From the human T2T-CHM13v2.0 reference genome, Homo sapiens: DNA of 64,000 nucleotides. The notes under the pieces were generated by a model that worked only from the letters and a program-made list of their open reading frames with translations, had not been told where the DNA came from and made no database searches. Position numbers and translations under genes: made by a program. The stretch lies in assembly GCF_009914755.1 (NCBI RefSeq), contig NC_060927.1; one strand, written 5' to 3'. Below, piece by piece: positions 16,090 through 29,340 of this stretch (within the stretch, counting starts at the first letter, position 1; each line of letters opens with the position of its first letter).

Positions 16090-17471
16090 TACACACATAT
16101 ATCTTAAAATGGAGTTGTAGTATATATAGTTTTATATTTTCATTTTTCACTTAACGGTATATCCTGAAGATTTTCCCTTAACCGTATCCTGAATATGTTG
16201 ATACCTGTTCTATAGCATCATCTTAGTAGCTCTGCTGTGCTCCATAGCATGGTGGTACCATGGTTTATTTAACCCTCAGTTTTTGGACATTGAGATTATT
16301 TCCAAGGGTAGTAAGGGCATTAAAAAAAACATTGTCTCAATTTTGCCTTCAAAAATAGGAGAAGGTTAGCATACTGCATATGAATAGGGAAACAAATACT
16401 TATACTGTTTCCTTTCACTTACAGAGACCATTGCGGTAACAAGAAAGAGAGAGGGGAATCTTAAATCAAGACCTCTTGACTCCTCTGTGCTGTTAATAGG
16501 TAAGGGCCTGCATAGAACCTGTTCATGAATCTCAGTTAGGCTAAGGTAGAATTGAAAAGGAGAGCCAGATGAATTTGAAAAATACAAAGTAAGACAAATA
16601 GCTTGGGGATGTGTAGCCAAAGAAGAGGCCAAGAATAAGGAATCCTGGAAAAAGAAAGACAGGAGGAGATGGAAAGAGGCTTAGACATGGGGAGAGGAGT
16701 CCCCACCAGGCAAGGTAGTTGTCTGTTGGGATGTTAACCCTTCCGTTGCACAAACCTTCAGAAAAAGTTGATCATACTCCTTGCTGTGGCCCAGGTACTT
16801 GGAAGAGTAAAGGATATTTGGGGTGGGTTGTATTATGCAGGGTGATACATTGTAAAAAAGGGACAGCAGGGACAGGTATGAAATATGGAGTAGGGATAGA
16901 GAATTAAACAGAATTTGGAGGCAGAGGCGAGTAGGAAAACAAGAATCGCCAGAGATATTGGTATTTGGGTCAGAAGGTTTTCACTGCATAAGAAAATTGG
17001 CTGATCCAATCTTGTTTAAATATTAAAGGCCAAAATGATCTCAGTAGAATAAAGGACTTTAGAAATATCTAGTCAGCAGACGCTTAAATTATGCTTTTGG
17101 GGGGCTTTTATAAGCAAAACTACATTGAACACCATTGTAGTTGAATATGTGCACATATCCTTAACTTTTTAAAGGCTAAATAATTAGAAACGAATTGCTA
17201 GGTACAAGAAAATTCATGCTCTTAAGGCTTCGGATACATACTGTCAAAAATACTAACAGGAAAGTTTTAATAATCATTTACTGTGTTACCATATAATCAA
17301 TATGGTAGGACAGTTCTTTTTTCCCCATTATTTCACCTACATTGATATATATTCTTCCTTTTTTCCAGGAGAGGTAACTGAGATGTACCATGTTCACAGA
17401 GTGGTATAAATGGAACCACAGCCCAGGGGTTCTATTTATAGAAACTTCTGACTTCAAGTCCAGAGCTCTTC

Positions 17472-17770
17472 TTTTTTTTTTTTTTTTTTTGTGAGACAGA
17501 GTCTCACCCTGACGCCCAGGCTGGAATGCAGTGGTGCAATCTTGGCTGACTGCAACTTTTGTCTCCTGGATGCAGGCAATTCTTCTGCCTCAGCCTCCAC
17601 AGTAGCTGAGAATACAGGAGTGCCACCACACCCAGCTAATTTTTGTATTTTTAGTAGAGGTAGGGTTTCATTATATTGGCCAGGCTGGTCTCAAACTTCT
17701 GACCTCGTGATCCACCTGCCTTGGCCTCCCAAAGTGCTGGGATTACAGGTGTGAGCCACCCCGCCCGGCC
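17472..17770 (-). mobile_element. Alu (AluS)
   Basis: Antisense Alu ending ccgcccggcc. Confidence 0.95.
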
Positions 17771-17817
17771 TTGAACTCTTATCTACCTTGCTACTTCCTT
17801 TATCAGAACTGGGATAA

Positions 17818-18239
<422 letters not shown>

Positions 18240-20060
18240 ACCCCACCCATCTTTATTTAGGCAACTTCTGCTTATCACTCAGGTTGAACTTAAACATCAA
18301 TTCCTTCATGACTCCTAAATTTTGGGTTATGTGCTACTATCAAGTGCTTCTACAGCACTTTTTACTTCCCTGTTAGAGAACTTATAAACTGTGTTGAAAT
18401 TCATGTCTAATGATCTGACTTCCCCATTAATTTTTAAGCTGCGTAGGACAAGACCCATGTTTATAAAACCCAAGATCAGATCTTGCTGAGCAGTGCTTGC
18501 CCCTTTAGACTAGAGAGGTTCACTCTAGGTTACTAAAATCCCAGCCACTTCTGAAGGTTTTTATAAGCAGCCCATTTCACCCATCCATGTTTCTTGCTTG
18601 GCATCTGTAGGCATTTGAGTACATGATATCTGCTGTAGACAAACATGTTTCCTGTTAATGTTAGGAAGAATCTTCCAATACTGAATTATCTGACAATGGA
18701 GAAGGCCCTCTATTTACGTTGTAACAGGATCTTCTGTATGTGCTTCTTCATAACACCCGGTCCTCCCAATGTGACTGGGAGGTGCCAGAGGGCAGGAATG
18801 AGCCATCCTCCCAACCAGGGCATCTCACACGTGCCAGGTGGTCTCTGAGTGTGTGTGGAGCCAAATTGAACTAAACGACTGTCTTGGCAACATACAACTT
18901 TCCAAGACTCAACAACTTGCTTTCAGCCCAGCCAAAGGCTTGCCGCTCTGAGGCAAATGTCACTGTGGTGGAGTTGTCTTAATGAGAAGGCATGCTTGCT
19001 TCTCTTCTGGGGGAGTTTCCTAGAGCGATGCTCTTAGAAACTCCTTGGCAGGAATCCTTAGCCAGGCTTGGCATTGACAGCGTCCTCCTGCTGGCATTAA
19101 CAAGCCTCTTATTTAAATGGAAATGAGCTCTCAGTGCCAGTTTGTGAGCAAAACACATCGCTTGTGTTAAACCAGAGCTGGGAATGCTACAACACACCAA
19201 ATGTCGGCTTGGTTTCCACTTCCCCACCACATCCGTAGTTCACAGTGTAGCTCTCTTTGCCTCGTCTTCTCGATCTGCAGTGTTGGGAGTCCTTAGGCAA
19301 CAGGAGAATCTGTGGAGTCTGGGGGCCTATTTGTAGCTTCAATATGACCTTCAAAAAGTCACTTCAAGGTGCAAAATAATAATAATAATTAGGACATTAT
19401 AAAACTATTAGCAGTATCACACCGAATCCCAGTCAACAGAGGGGCCTTCAAGCAGAGGGTCTGAACCACGTCTCGTGGCTTGCTGGCGGTGTCAGTCCAA
19501 CTTTCCCCAGGAGCCTACCTGTGCTGTACATGCTCTGACCCTTGTGCACACTCTCTCTTTTCTTCTAGATCAGTTCTATTTCCACCCAAATACACATCAT
19601 TTGTTGCCTAACGTCTGGTCCTGCTTAGCTGGTTCTGCACTCAGTTACCGGGTCCCTATTGTTCATGTTTTATCCAATTTCTTGTTTTAGCACTTCTCTC
19701 TTTATTTCAGATCTTTACGGAATAGACTTGGTGCTCTTCTGATACCTGGATTCTAGCCACCTCTCTCTAAGATACCCTAATGGCTGGCATATTTACAGCA
19801 CAGATCATGCTAGATGCTACATTGTTTCTGTTTTTACGTGTCTAACTCAGCTGAACTATGTGTGCATCTTAAGGCCCAGGCCAGGTCTTATCTTTGTTGG
19901 TAGCCCCAGATCCTAGCCCAAACCCTAATGAAAGAAGAAATGAAGAAATAGAGAGAAGATAGAGAATCTCTATTTCCCCATCAAGATCTTGCTACAAGAG
20001 GCCAAGTAGGGCACCATTCCATTTCCATCCTTCAGACTGGCTATATGGTTTCTATCAAAG

Positions 20061-20107
20061 TGTATTAGACAGAGTTCTTCAGAAAAACAAAACCAATAAG
20101 ATATATA

Positions 20108-20143
<36 letters not shown>

Positions 20144-20925
20144 ACATAAATATGATGGGAATTGGCTCACGTGATTATGGAGGCTAAGAAGTTCTACCAT
20201 CTGCTGTCTGCAAGCTGGAGAACCAGGAGAGCCAGTAACAAAACTCAGCCTGAGTCCAAAGGCCCTAGAATCAGGAGTTCTGATGTCCAAGGACAGGAGA
20301 AGACAGATGTCCCAGCCCAAGAAGAGAGAGAGAACCCACCTTTCTTCCACCCTTTTTTCCTATGCAGGCCCTCGAAAGAACAGATGATACTCAGCCTTAT
20401 TGGGGAAGGCAGATCTTTACTCAGTCTGCTAATTCAAATACTAGTCTCTTCCAGAAACACCCTGCCTTAGTCCCTTGTGTGATGCTATAGCAGAATTCCA
20501 CAGACTGGGCAATTTATAAATAACATAAACCTAGTTCTCACATTTCTTGAGCCTGTGAAGTTTAGGATCAAGGTGCCAGAATCAATCTGTTGAAGGCTGC
20601 TCTCTGCTTCTAAGGTGGTTCCTTGAATGCCGCATCCTCTGGAGGGGAGAATGTTGTGCCCTCACATGGCAGAAAGCAAAGGGCAAAAAAGGGATGAACT
20701 CCTTCTGTCAAACCGTTTCATAAGAGCACTCAGTCCCATTCATGTAGGTAGAGCCCTTATGGCCCCGCCTCTTAATGCTATCGTTGGCAACACCTGAATT
20801 TTGTAGGGAACTCTTTCAAAACATATCACAGCCTCACAGACACACCCAGAAGTAATGTTTTACCAGCTATCTGGGTATTCCTTAGTTCAGTCAAGTTGGC
20901 ACATATTATAAAATTAACCATTATA
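20061..20925 (-). mobile_element. MLT2B-like ERVL LTR, split by a nested MaLR LTR
   Basis: tgtattagacagagttcttcagaaaaacaaaaccaataag...ggaattggctcacgtgattatggaggct...; resumes tcacagacacacccagaag...aaaattaaccattata. Confidence 0.85.
20463..20828 (-). mobile_element. MaLR LTR (MSTC/MSTD/MLT1A-like) nested in MLT2
   Basis: tgccttagtcc..acagactgggcaatttataaa..cacatggcagaa..caacacctgaattttg..aaacatatca; 5-bp TSD caccc/cagcc. Confidence 0.8.
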
Positions 20926-21929
20926 CCACGTGTTTATTTTGATAAAGTTCACAGCATAAAAATGATTCAGTTAGCCTGTAGGAGGATGTGTTATAAACAT
21001 TAAACATGTATTTCAGGAGCTTTCCATGAGAAGCATAAAGGGCTGCATTCAATAAAAGATGCAAAATGATATAAAGCAGTCCCTTGAGTAACAGAAGTAC
21101 CTTTTCTTAGGACACTTTGAGTGCAGTAAAAATGCCTTTGTTGTAAGGCAGAACACTTTGCTGTCTGAGCTTCTGGGCTGCCTCAGCCCAGTGACTAATG
21201 AAAAGGACCTTTTTGATGGTTGAGTTGAGACTAAAATAGTGTAGGCACAACTTCTCATCCCCCTAGCCCTGTCCCCATCAGTGTATCTTCCTGGACTTTG
21301 GTTGGTGGCTTGTGTTGGGGGAGATGACACAGAGTATCAATGGCATCAGCTGTCCCTGACTGGTCCTTGCTCATTTGGGACTCCTATGGAGAAAAGGGTT
21401 TGAGACTGATAGAATCTGCCAGAATTGTACAAAGCTTTATGAGACTGAGCACAAAGAACAGATGATACAAGGCATGGGGGAGGAAGGAGATGTTTCTCTT
21501 TCTTCTTCAGGAAATTAGTGATAGTCTTGTAGCCTGCAGACTGGAAACACTGGATGCCTTGACCCCAAACTGGCGTTCCCACAATGCTGGGTGGAGGCAG
21601 TAAGATTTCTGCAATTGATGCTATGGAAATCAGCTATGAACAAGAGGAGTAGAGGTAGAAGCAAAAGAAGAGGCAGATGAGCTGTGGTTTTGGCTGACAT
21701 TTACCTTTGGGTGGCCATGTGAATCCCCTTTTTGGAATCTCCCAACCATAAATGGGAGACACTGGGGAGGGAGTTAATTCTTGGAAACTGAGCTAGTAGG
21801 GGGTTGCATTATCAAAATTTCAGTTTATAAAAAAGAAGTCTTCACATTTGTTTGTGGTAAGTCACAAACTGGTAACGCCTAAGGTATTTTAGTTTTATTT
21901 TAATTATTACCCATTTTCAACAGGACAAA

Positions 21930-22090
21930 AAAGAACATGATGGAAAGATCCCCAAGTTCTTTCCCTGAAGTCAGAAAACCTGGTGCTTCCTTCTCACTCA
22001 GCATCTAATATATAGTGTGAACTTGAGAACGTTTTTTCCCCTTGGTAACTCAGCTTTCCCATTTGTAAAATGAGACAATTGAACTATACA
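21930..22090. mobile_element. MIR relic
   Basis: gtcagaaaacctgg..gtgtgaacttgagaa..ctcagctttcccatttgtaaaatgag core. Confidence 0.6.
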
Positions 22091-22331
22091 AGCCCTAAGA
22101 CAAATAGAGAAGAGGGGAGTTGAAACCAGATTTTTATTAATACACTTATTTAGCAAATATTAAGTGCCTGGTTCACATCGGGCACTGTGCTAGGCTCTGC
22201 AGATGGAATGGTGAGGAAAAGCAGACATGAGCTTTGTACATATGCAGGTATTAGTCAAGCAGGCGAGATAGCCACTAATTAAGAACAGAACTAAAGAAAA
22301 AATTATAACTGTGATAATGCTATGAAGGTGA

Positions 22332-22704
<373 letters not shown>

Positions 22705-23171
22705 ACATATATTTCTTATAGTTCAGTATAGCAAGAATATAGAAAGTGGCATGAAAGGGAGACAGAGTGTATGAGTATAAACATGTACTGGTGTGTACAG
22801 CAAAAGATGAAATTGGGGCAGGGGAAAGGCAGGGCCTGATCAAACAGAAAGAAAATGGTGTCACATAAGCCAAGAGAGAAGAGAGTTTTAAGAATTAAGT
22901 AATCCAGTAAATACTTGATGGAAAGGACTGTGTTTTGTTTATCTTCTTCATTTATCCCTTTCTGTACCCCAGGCAACTAGAATAGAAACTGGTACACAGT
23001 GGGGACTCCATGTACGTTTGTAGAATAAATACATTTTTCTCAACCACACACATAAAAAGGAAACTTAGAGGGGTTAAATGGATTGTACAAGGTCACTTAG
23101 CCTGTGGGTGGCTAGAGACAAGATTGAAATCCAACTTTAACATCATACAGCACATTAAAACAAAGTGATTG

Positions 23172-23493
23172 GGCCGGGCACGGTGGTTCAACCCTATAAT
23201 CCCAGCACTTTGGGAGGCCAAGGCGAGCGGATCACCTGAGGTCAGGAGTTCGAGATCAACATGGCCAACATGGTGAAACCCCATCTCTACTAAAAATACA
23301 AAAATGAGCTGGGAGTGGTGGCGCACACCTGTAGTCCCAGCTACTTGGGAGGTTGAGGCAGGAGAATCACTTGAACCTGGGAGGTGGAGGTCGCAGTAAG
23401 CAGAGGTTGCAGTGAGCAGAGATCGTGACACTGCAGTCCAGTCTGGGTGACAGAGCAAGACTCTGTCTCAAAACAAACAGACAAACAAAAAAC
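23172..23493 (+). mobile_element. Alu (AluS) with small internal duplication
   Basis: Consensus Alu; duplicated gaggt(c/t)gcagt(a/g)agca; TSD aaaacaaag(t/g)gatt. Confidence 0.95.
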
Positions 23494-24397
23494 AAAGGGA
23501 TTTTTTGACAGCAACCACAGAACGAATTCCTAAACAACCATTTCTACTCCTATAGAGGCACCAAGAAGAAAGGATCACTAGGAAGATAGTGCTTCAAGAG
23601 GCCTGCACATCACACCTGTGCATGCAACAGATACTGCCCTTTCTTTCTCATGCCTCTTCAACGTATTCACATTATCAGCATTGCCTTGTTCACAGAGACA
23701 GAGAAAAGCAAACCTTGCCTGAAACAGCTTCTCTCTCCTGTGGTGTACTTTTTCTCCTCCTAAAAGGATATTGGAGAGCAATGCTGTCTGGGAGGCTGAC
23801 AGCTGGGCAGTAACCAGATTTACCGCAGCGGTAGGTCAGAGGCTAAGTGGAAACTGTGTAGATGTGAAACATCTGCTTCCTTGAAATATTGTCTTCCTCT
23901 GTGAAATGGACATACAAAGTGATCTATCGTTCATTGGCTCTCTTCATTTAAGGAGTTTCTGCACTACTTTCTAAGAGCAAAACCTCTGAGCAGGATGCTG
24001 CAGACATTTGCCGGGCACTTCTGGGCTGATGGCAGCAGGTCTGTGAGGGACCTCTGAGTGCTTCTGCAAATTAGAGCAATAGGAGTCTAAGGACTTGCCT
24101 CTGAGAGATCTGAGTGCAGCGAGGACTATGGCTGCCTCATTAGACTTTGGCCTGAGCATTTGAATTACGGAAATGGATTCTACATCAGTGGCATTCATAC
24201 CTGGGAGAATGCAGTACAGCCTGATACCTGTTTCAGGCATGTGGAGCAGCCCATACTTCTTGTACTTTCCAAGATCAGAGAGAAAGCAAACTTGACCTCA
24301 GAGCCTAAATATTTGCCCCATAGTCAGTTAATACCTCATTTGTATTCTTCACTTGCCTTTATGGAACAGTTTAATATTTTATTACCTGTGAATTCCC

Positions 24398-24423
24398 TCT
24401 CTCTCTCTCTCTCTCTCTCTCTC
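24398..24423. repeat. (CT)n microsatellite
   Basis: Direct reading. Confidence 0.9.
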
Positions 24424-25156
24424 CCCCTGCTCCCCACCACCCCAAAGAGAGAAGTGGATATCTATGATGTGGGAGTGTTGATTCAAAAGCTAGATTGAGT
24501 TTATCCTAGGATGGGGATCTGTCTGAAGAGGACTAGAAGATCTATGGTGATAGGTCAGCAGGTGATTATTGCAGTGGTGGCCAAACAACCTGCTAGAAAG
24601 GAAGGTTTCTAAGGAAAAAGAAAGAGTGAAGGCCTGTAATAAAGGTCCACAAAAAATGGGGCATTTGAAAAGAGAGAGTGTCTATTCATTCTCAGAGTGT
24701 TGTACCCATTGACTTCTGAACTGCCTGCTGCCTTAACTCATGCCAAAGCTCAGGAAAATGGATGCTTACAAAAAGTCTGAAACCAAGATTTCATTGACTA
24801 CTTAGGAGCACCAGGCAGCTCCAATTTGGGGTCCATAGAACATCATTCTATCCAAATGTAAAGAAGGGCTGCACGAAGTAGCTCTGATGCTTTGAGTGTG
24901 CAACTGTGAGTGATGTCTGCATGTTTAATAGCTCATATGCAGTGGAATTTCGGATGGTAGCATAGAAGGTTTTGCCTCAGTCCAGAGTCAAAAGAAAGAA
25001 CTCGTAAGAACGAAATGAAATATCCCAAATGATGCACACGTAAGTCACCTCAGGCTTCTCAGAACTAGTTGTAAAGGACTTTATGGGGATTGTAGGTGTA
25101 CAAGATTGTTTAGGGACTAAAATCATAGCCCCACATTTACTGCCAGGCTAAACTGG

Positions 25157-25570
25157 TGTATTAGTCTGTTCTTGCACTGCTATAAAGAAATTCCTGAGAC
25201 TGAGTAATTTGTAAAGAAAAGAGGTTCAATTGGCTCACGGTTCTGCATGTTAGGCAGGAAGCATAGTGTCTTCTGCTTCTGAGGAGGCCTCAGGAAACTT
25301 ACAGTCATGGTAGGAAGGTGAAGGGAAAGCAGGTGTCTCACATGGTGGGGGCAGGAGGGAGAGAGAGAGGGGGAGGTGCTACACACTTTTAAATAACCAA
25401 ATCTCATGAGAACTCTGTCATCATTAGAACAGCACCAAAGGGATGATGCTAGCCATTCTTGAAGGATCCATCCCCGTAACCCAGTCACCTCCCACCAGGC
25501 CCCACCTCCAAAATTGGGGATGACAATTGAACATGAGATTTGCGTGGGGACACAGATCCAAACCATATCA
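25157..25570 (-). mobile_element. MSTA/MSTB MaLR solo LTR
   Basis: tgtattagtctgttcttgcactgctataaag...cagatccaaaccatatca; perfect 5-bp TSD actgg. Confidence 0.92.
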
Positions 25571-25771
25571 ACTGGTATATAGAAAACATGGGATTTGTTG
25601 TTATAATTATTATTAATATTTACAAAATCTTTAGTATAGTACCTAGCATATAATAGTCACCAAATGTTATGGAATATTATAAAAATTTCTAATACTGACA
25701 CATAAACACCATAAATATGTTGATTATTTTGTCTGAAACTGTAAGACATTATTTTCATTTGAGAACTATTT

Positions 25772-26236
25772 ACCATTCTGACTAGTGTGAGATGGTATCT
25801 CATTGTGGTCTTGATTTGCATTAGGTGCCCATCAACAGTGGATTGGATAAAGAAAATGTGATACCTATATAGCATGGAATACTATGCAGCCATGAAAAAG
25901 AATGAAATCATGTCCTCTGCAGCAATGTCGATGCAGCTGGAAGCCATTATGTAAGCAAATTAATGCATAAACAGAAAACCAAATAGCACGTATTCTCATT
26001 TATAAGCAGGAGCTGAATATTGAGTACACATGGACATAAAGATGGGAACAATAGGCACTGTGGACTACTAAACAGGTAGGGAGGGAGAGGGGCATGGGCT
26101 GAAAAACCTATTGGGTATTATGCTGATGACCTGGGCGATGGGATCATCTGTAAGCCAAACCCCACCATCACAAAATATATCCATGTAACAAACCTGCACA
26201 TATACCCTCTGAATCCAAAATAAAATTGGAAAAAAA
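25772..26236 (+). mobile_element. L1PB-like 3' end with 5' inversion
   Basis: Antisense L1 segment 25772-25822 joined to sense L1 3' end 25823-26236; TSD-like agaactattt / agaacttttt. Confidence 0.88.
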
Positions 26237-26565
26237 GAACTTTTTTATCTGAACTGTAAAATTTTCATACTTTTTTACATTAATATTTTCATACATGTAC
26301 ATATTTTCACATTAATTTATATTTATATACATCTCTATATAGATATATTATATAATATTTAATATATTATCATATATAGCGTACATTTTTATGGTGGTTT
26401 TGGCTTGATAACTGTTTTGAGTGATATGTGGGAGATAGAAGGGAAGATAGAAATCTTACTAAATATGTCAAGGTAATATCTCTCATATACTGGGAAGGTT
26501 TATATGCCAGTTCATTCCTCCAATGTGTCCAGAGAAATCCCTGGATATATATAGAAAGATTTCTA

Positions 26566-26862
26566 GGCTGGACATGGTGGTTCATGCCTGTAATCCTAGC
26601 ACTTTGGGAGGCTGAGGCAGGAGGGTCACTTGAGGTCAAGAGTTCAAGACAAGCCTGGGCAACACAGCGTGACCCCATCTCTACAAAAAATAAGAATATT
26701 AGCTGGGTGTGGTGGCATGTATCTGTAGCCTCAGCTACTTGGGAGGCTGAGGCAGGAGGATTGCTTGGGCACAGGAGTTTGAGGCTGCAGTAAGCCATGG
26801 TCCCTCCACTGCACTATAGCCTGGGTGACAGAGTGACAGCCTTTCTCAAAACAAACAAAAAA
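26566..26862 (+). mobile_element. Alu (AluJ)
   Basis: AluJ diagnostics gcctgggcaacacagc, gagtttgaggctgcagt; TSD-like ..atttcta. Confidence 0.92.
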
Positions 26863-28112
26863 ATATTTCTAACATCTTTCTTTCTGTTTACTACATAACA
26901 CCTAAATTAATTATCAAACAAGAACTAATTGGGCACAGCCACATTCTTAGCTTCTCCAAGCCTCAGTTTCTTCTCCTGCAAAATGAAGATAGTTGTAAAG
27001 ATTAAACTAAACTGTGTACGTAAAAAGTTCTTTGGAAACTATAGAACAATGCAAATGCAAGGCATTGTGACCACAGTTAGAGAACAGGCTAGGATATTTG
27101 TTGATTGTCGTTGGTATTATGGAAATTTGCTGCTTTCTTTCCTATGAGAAGGGTTCTTCCCTTGTCCTGTTCTTATCAGTCTGACTAAGTCACCATTTCA
27201 AAGCTGACAATTAAAGCTCAATTTCCTTGCACTTTGTCCTAAAGCAGATGTCCTAGAGCTGGGGACCATAATCATGAAGCGTGTGATGCATTCTCAGAGT
27301 TGGAGAGCAGTGTTTCCAGAGAGTCTGAAGATTAGGCATTTCCTCTCATTTTTCATTTTTGTCAGCTTCTTCATGTTTTCCTTGCTAAGTAAGAAAAGGC
27401 CTCGGTTTCAGTCTGTCATTGTATGACCCTAAATGAGTCACTTCTATATTGGGTTGTCTTAGGTTCCTCAACTGCAAGTGTCTAGTCTTCCACTCACATG
27501 CAGCAGAGCAGCTCCACATTTACTTATGTTACTCAGAGGGTTACTTCACATAAGACTTTATAAAATAAGTTCCATTGTTAATTTCTCTAAACCAGTTGGA
27601 CTAGATCTTTTCATGTAAAACCTAGATGATCTCTGATACTCTTGGTTTTTACATGTAGATTCCACGATCCCTTCCTGGGAAAGTCATGTAACCAACTATA
27701 ACATAGGAGCATTAAACATTTTTAGGTAATAGAATTAGGAAATAATGGCTGTGTAAGTATCCATGTGAATTCCTGTCAATAGTTCTCATATCATGTGCTT
27801 AGAATGATTTCAATCTGACTGAATCTTGCCAAGAAACTCATAGCTCTGCTTTCCCTGCAAATATGAAGATGTGTCAACCTCAAAGAGTTGGTTAAACTTT
27901 CTGTTTCACTCATACAAGTCTGGCATCAAATTCATTTAGCTTTGTGGTGCTTACCCATTACCCATTTGGCAGATTTCACTAGCCATGTGACAAAGGCATA
28001 GTCCAGCTCAGAGCATGCAGAATTTGGAATAATAAATAGTGACCCTCCTATTGGGGCTCACACCCAAGAAACGTCTTATCTTCTGGGGGAAAACCAAGAT
28101 TAAGACATTGGT

Positions 28113-29340
28113 GGCCAGGCACAGTGGCTCATGCCTGTAATTCTAACACTTTGTTGTGTTGTTTCTTGTTTTTCTTTTTTTAACTTTAAGTTCAGAGGTA
28201 CAAGTACAGGTTTGTTACATAGGTAAATTTGTGTCATGGAGGTTTGTTGTATAGATTATTTCATCAACCAGGTATTAAGCCTAGTACCCATTAGTTATTT
28301 TTCCTGATACTCTTCCTCTTCCCACCCTCCACCCTTCAAAAGTTCCCAATGTGTGTTATTATGTCCCTCTATGTGTCCATGTGTTCTCATCATTTAGTTC
28401 CCACTTATAAGTGAGAACATGTGGTATTTGGTTTTCTGTTCCTGTGTTAGTTTGCTAAAGATAATGGCCTCCAGCTCCTTCCATGTCCCTGCAAAGGACA
28501 TAATTTTGTTCTTTTCATGGCTGCATAATATTCCATGAAGTATATGTACCAGGTTTTCTTTATCCAGTCTATCATTGATGGGCATTTAGGTTGATTCCAT
28601 GTCCTTGCTATTGTTAACAGTGCTGCAATGAATATATGCATGCATGTGTCCTTATAATAAAATAATTTATATTCCTTTGGGTATATACCCAGTGATGGGA
28701 TTGCTGGGTCAAATGGTATTTCTGTCTTTAGGTATTTGAGGAATAGCTATATTGCCTTCCACAATGGCTAAACTAATTTACACTCCCACCAGCAGTGTAT
28801 AAGTGTTCCTTTTTCTCCACAACCTTGCTGACATCTGTTTTTTTCACTTTTTAATAATAGCCATTCTGACTGGTGTGAGATGGTATCTCACTATGATTTG
28901 GATTTGCATTTCTCTGATGATCAGTGATATTGAGCTTTTCTTTAAATTACTGCTGGCCACATGTATGTCTTCTTTTGAAAAGTGTCTGTTTGTGTTCTTT
29001 GTCAACTTTCTTATGCAGTTGTTTAATCTTAACATTTTGAAAGGCTGAGATGGAAGGGTCACTTGAGCCTAGGAGTTTGAGACCAGCTGGCCAACACAGT
29101 GAGACCTCATCTCTACAGAACAAAATTAAAAAATTAGCCAGATGTGGTGGTGCACACCTGTAGTCCAAGCTACTAGAGAGGCTGAGGCAGGAAGATCACT
29201 TGAGCCTGGGGAGCAGGCAGTGGGGGGACGTTGCGGGGGATCGAGGCTGTAGTGAGCTGTGATCGTACCTCTGCACTACAGCCTGGGCAACAGAGCAAGA
29301 CCTTGTCTCAAAACAAAACAAAAACGAAAAGCAAACAAGC
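28113..29340 (+). mobile_element. AluJ split by an L1 insertion (28113-28152 and 29024-29340)
   Basis: First 40 nt of an Alu, then L1, then the Alu resumes at the duplicated site. Confidence 0.88.
28153..29023 (-). mobile_element. L1PA (older primate subfamily) 5'-truncated insertion
   Basis: Antisense L1 3' UTR and ORF2 end; ORF track peptides (RHFSKEDI.., IREMQI..RYHLTPVRMAIIKK; AALLTIARTWNQPKCPS) match the L1 ORF2p C-terminus. Confidence 0.93.

Noticed and set aside
26270-26380. AT-rich quasi-palindromic stretch
   Set aside because: Ordinary low-complexity AT sequence next to an L1 tail.
28394-29062. ORFs resembling the L1 ORF2p C-terminus
   Set aside because: Frameshifted pieces of a truncated L1; already annotated as a mobile element.
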